This document shows positions 61,737 through 64,000 of a stretch of 64,000 nucleotides of DNA, piece by piece. Under the pieces are notes generated by a model, which worked only from the letters and a program-made list of their open reading frames with translations, did not search any database and was not told the origin of the DNA. Source of the stretch: an uncultured virus (IMG/VR IMGVR_UViG_3300046517_000572) (Duplodnaviria > Heunggongvirae > Uroviricota > Caudoviricetes); IMG/VR virus record IMGVR_UViG_3300046517_000572, one strand, 5' to 3'. The position numbers were made by a program, and so were the translations under genes. Every line of letters begins with the position of its first letter. Position 1 is the stretch's first letter.

Positions 61737-64000
61737 TCGCCCTCTACATGCTTGCCCGAGATCATCCGGATCGTGGTCTGCGCCCCCGGCACGATCTCGT
61801 AGACCTCGAATTGCTGGCCGTGCATCAGTAGTAGTTCATTCTCGTTCAGACCGGAAACCGTGTCGGCCCCCAGCGCGCGGGTGCCCTTGCGACAGGTCAT
61901 CTCCAGGATCACCGGCTTGCCGCTGAACGCGGCCTTGTCAGCCATGCTCGTGGAGACAAATCCCTCGGTGTTGTAATAGCACGGCAGCCCGGCCTTGAGA
62001 CCAGCCAGCCAGCCGGGGATCAGCTTGCCGATCGTGGTCGATCCCACACCGCGCCGCAGCACCACGTCCTCGGTCAGCTTGGTTTCCTCTCGCTTGTAGA
62101 GTGAATGAACCGCCTTGACCGGGGCGACCGCGTGCGAGGTATCGGCATCGATCTGACCGCGCAGCACGCCGTTCATCGAACCCGAGCCGCTGCCGCAGTA
62201 GGACTCGGTGGCTGACTTGGCTTTATGATCCACGCTGTCCCAGAACTTCTGCTCCAGTGACGGCGCGATCTTGCGCGCCTTCGCGGATTTGGTGCTGGAT
62301 AGCTGGGTGGCGCCATTATAGGTTTTATTCGCCCAGGCGAGAACCTCCGCGTCAGCGTGCTTGGTGCTGTTGGGCTTCGATGGTGACGGCGGCGCCTTGG
62401 GTGCCGCTGGTGCCGCTTTCGGCGCGGCTGGCGTCGGCACGCTAGGTGTCGCGGCATCGGCAAACCCGACACCGGGGATCGGTTCGCCGCCCAGCGACTT
62501 GATCCAGCTATTGGCGAACTTGGCACTGTAGCCGTCTGGATAGTTCACCACGGTCGGATAGGTCTTGAGTTGCTCGACCTTCTCCTCGTTGGTGCCTGTG
62601 CCTGACGCGATGTCGTAGAGGTTCTGCTGATGCTGCGACTTGGCGTTCGGCGCCGGTCCCTGCGGTGGCATCGGTGGCTTTGACCAGCTTGCGGCGACCT
62701 CGTTCTTCAGCTTGTTGACCTGAATCTCGGCGTAGTCCTTATGCCCCGGCGGCGCAAACGTGTTTTCAATGATCGTGTAATTGATGGCGTCGATCTTCTG
62801 CTGCGCCGTCAGCCCAGGATCGGCCACGATGTCATCGACCTTGCCTTTCATGCCGATATTCTTGGGCGTTGGCGGGGTGGCGCCGTTCTCTTGCGCGACC
62901 TTGGCCATGATCACGGCCTTGGCGTAGCCGTGTTCGGCGCTGCCTTCCTTGATCACCCCGCTGGCGAGGCCCTTGTTCATGTAATCCAACAGCCCGGTCG
63001 ATTTGGTGAATCCCTTGTCTGCCATCGAGTGGATGTTCACGATGGTGCCGTTGCCTTTGAACATGGCGGGCAGCGGCGGAATGATCCCCTGTTCGATGCC
63101 CGCGATGGACTGCGCCGCCGTGCCCGGTTCCGCTGTCGGTGGCTCGCCCTTGATCGCCGCGATCAGCTTCTTGGCGTAGTCCCGCGTCGGCCCCGAACCG
63201 CCCTTGGCGTCGCTCTCAAGCTGCTTGATCTTGTTGTCGGTCTTCCAGTGACCGTGCGCGGCGACTTCCCACATCTCTTGCTGCACCGCCGTGCCGTCAT
63301 GCGGTGGCAGGCTTTCGCCCATTTCCTGTTCAAGCTGGTTAAGCCCCGCCGTCGCCTCGCTGATGTCGTGACCCTGGAGTTCGGCAGCTTTCTTCAGGTC
63401 TTTCAGCGTATCGATCTTCTGCTGCAAATGCCCTGGCCCGGTCAGGATCGCATGCACCGCCGCGATCGGCACCTTGCCGCCTTGTGGCGTCGGTGGCGGC
63501 GCGGCTGGATTTAGCTGGAAGTTCTCCAGCGGATCAGCCGCCGCCATCTTCTCCATCTCGGCTTCGGACGGCGCGCCTTGCGAGGGTGGCCCCTCGACGC
63601 CGCCCTTCATCTTCACCGCCTTGCCCAGCGCGCCCTTCGGCATGCTGTGGTGATCGGCCAGATGGTCGATCAACTGGTTCATGAAGCCAGCGACGTTGCT
63701 GGATTTCATCTTGCCAGCTTCGGTCTTCATCAGCGTGGCGAGTTCGTGCGGATTATCATTGCCGGAAGCGATATGCTCCTCCAGCGCCTTTTTCATCTTG
63801 GCGCCAGCCGGTCCCGCATACTTGGTTAATTCCGGCACCGGCTTGGACGGTTTCGGAGCCGAGCCACCGCCGCCGCTCGCGCTGGTGGCGAACTTGCCGC
63901 CCTCGTCGCGTTTGACCGCTGACTCGTCCCACTCACCGATCATCGCATCGGCGGCGCCCGCGAAACTCTCGATCGCCTCGTCAGACGCGGGCAGCGCATC
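61733..64000 (-). CDS. R-S-E ADP-ribosyltransferase (VIP2/Alt-like) virion cargo protein, 5'-truncated by the window
   Basis: VLRRG, FVSTS, ENELLL; frame is open from 64000 (DALPASDEAIESFAGAADAMIGEWDES...). Confidence 0.85.
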   Translation of the reverse strand, partial: DALPASDEAIESFAGAADAMIGEWDESAVKRDEGGKFATSASGGGGSAPKPSKPVPELTKYAGPAGAKMKKALEEHIASGNDNPHELATLMKTEAGKMKSSNVAGFMNQLIDHLADHHSMPKGALGKAVKMKGGVEGPPSQGAPSEAEMEKMAAADPLENFQLNPAAPPPTPQGGKVPIAAVHAILTGPGHLQQKIDTLKDLKKAAELQGHDISEATAGLNQLEQEMGESLPPHDGTAVQQEMWEVAAHGHWKTDNKIKQLESDAKGGSGPTRDYAKKLIAAIKGEPPTAEPGTAAQSIAGIEQGIIPPLPAMFKGNGTIVNIHSMADKGFTKSTGLLDYMNKGLASGVIKEGSAEHGYAKAVIMAKVAQENGATPPTPKNIGMKGKVDDIVADPGLTAQQKIDAINYTIIENTFAPPGHKDYAEIQVNKLKNEVAASWSKPPMPPQGPAPNAKSQHQQNLYDIASGTGTNEEKVEQLKTYPTVVNYPDGYSAKFANSWIKSLGGEPIPGVGFADAATPSVPTPAAPKAAPAAPKAPPSPSKPNSTKHADAEVLAWANKTYNGATQLSSTKSAKARKIAPSLEQKFWDSVDHKAKSATESYCGSGSGSMNGVLRGQIDADTSHAVAPVKAVHSLYKREETKLTEDVVLRRGVGSTTIGKLIPGWLAGLKAGLPCYYNTEGFVSTSMADKAAFSGKPVILEMTCRKGTRALGADTVSGLNENELLLMHGQQFEVYEIVPGAQTTIRMISGKHVEGE

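Larger units (their letters stand above)
1..64000. mobile_element. Tailed bacteriophage (myovirus-type) genome segment, probably alphaproteobacterial host
   Basis: Contiguous head, neck, contractile tail and baseplate genes plus primase, helicase and ERF; no host housekeeping genes; dense ATGA/TGATG-coupled small ORFs. Confidence 0.97.

Noticed and set aside
1..64000. CRISPR array, tRNA, rRNA, integrase/att site, transposase
   Set aside because: No regularly spaced repeat-spacer array, cloverleaf or recombinase/transposase motif recognised by eye; lifestyle (temperate or lytic) cannot be decided from this window

Overview
The whole window is a GC-rich tailed-phage genome segment of myovirus type, with a DUF2213 protease/scaffold, DUF2184 capsid, DUF3383 sheath, baseplate J and tape measure. 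The host is most likely an alphaproteobacterium (inferred from a GcrA-like gene, DUF6456- and DUF3309-like genes and an EcfG-type promoter). Layout: (1) 1-16.5 kb, minus strand: early/replication arm with SF2 helicase, AEP primase-helicase and an adjacent iteron origin, DCL/HNH protein, Acb2-like anti-CBASS sponge, ParB-like protein, VRR-NUC and RHH repressor. (2) 16.5-18.8 kb, plus strand: recombination genes (Gp157-like, ERF). (3) 18.8-23.8 kb: a host-like cell-surface cassette (beta-helix protein, two PEP-CTERM proteins, FkbM methyltransferase, Pro/Gly repeat protein). (4) 23.9-64 kb, minus strand: virion operon. Terminase, portal, endolysin and integrase are not visible, and the last ORF runs off the right end. 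The strongest candidates for new biology are: a 2555-aa fibre built from about 35-40 AxIxGxGxVxA repeats with globular domains inserted at the same turn, encoded with a small partner protein and a GT9 glycosyltransferase; phage-encoded PEP-CTERM proteins that would need the host exosortase; a capsid-cargo set (R-S-E ADP-ribosyltransferase plus shared AxD[AS] and RxxxGx[FW] motifs); and an antisense Gln-rich gene behind a perfect general-stress (EcfG) promoter. All family names come from motif recognition by eye; no database search was run.
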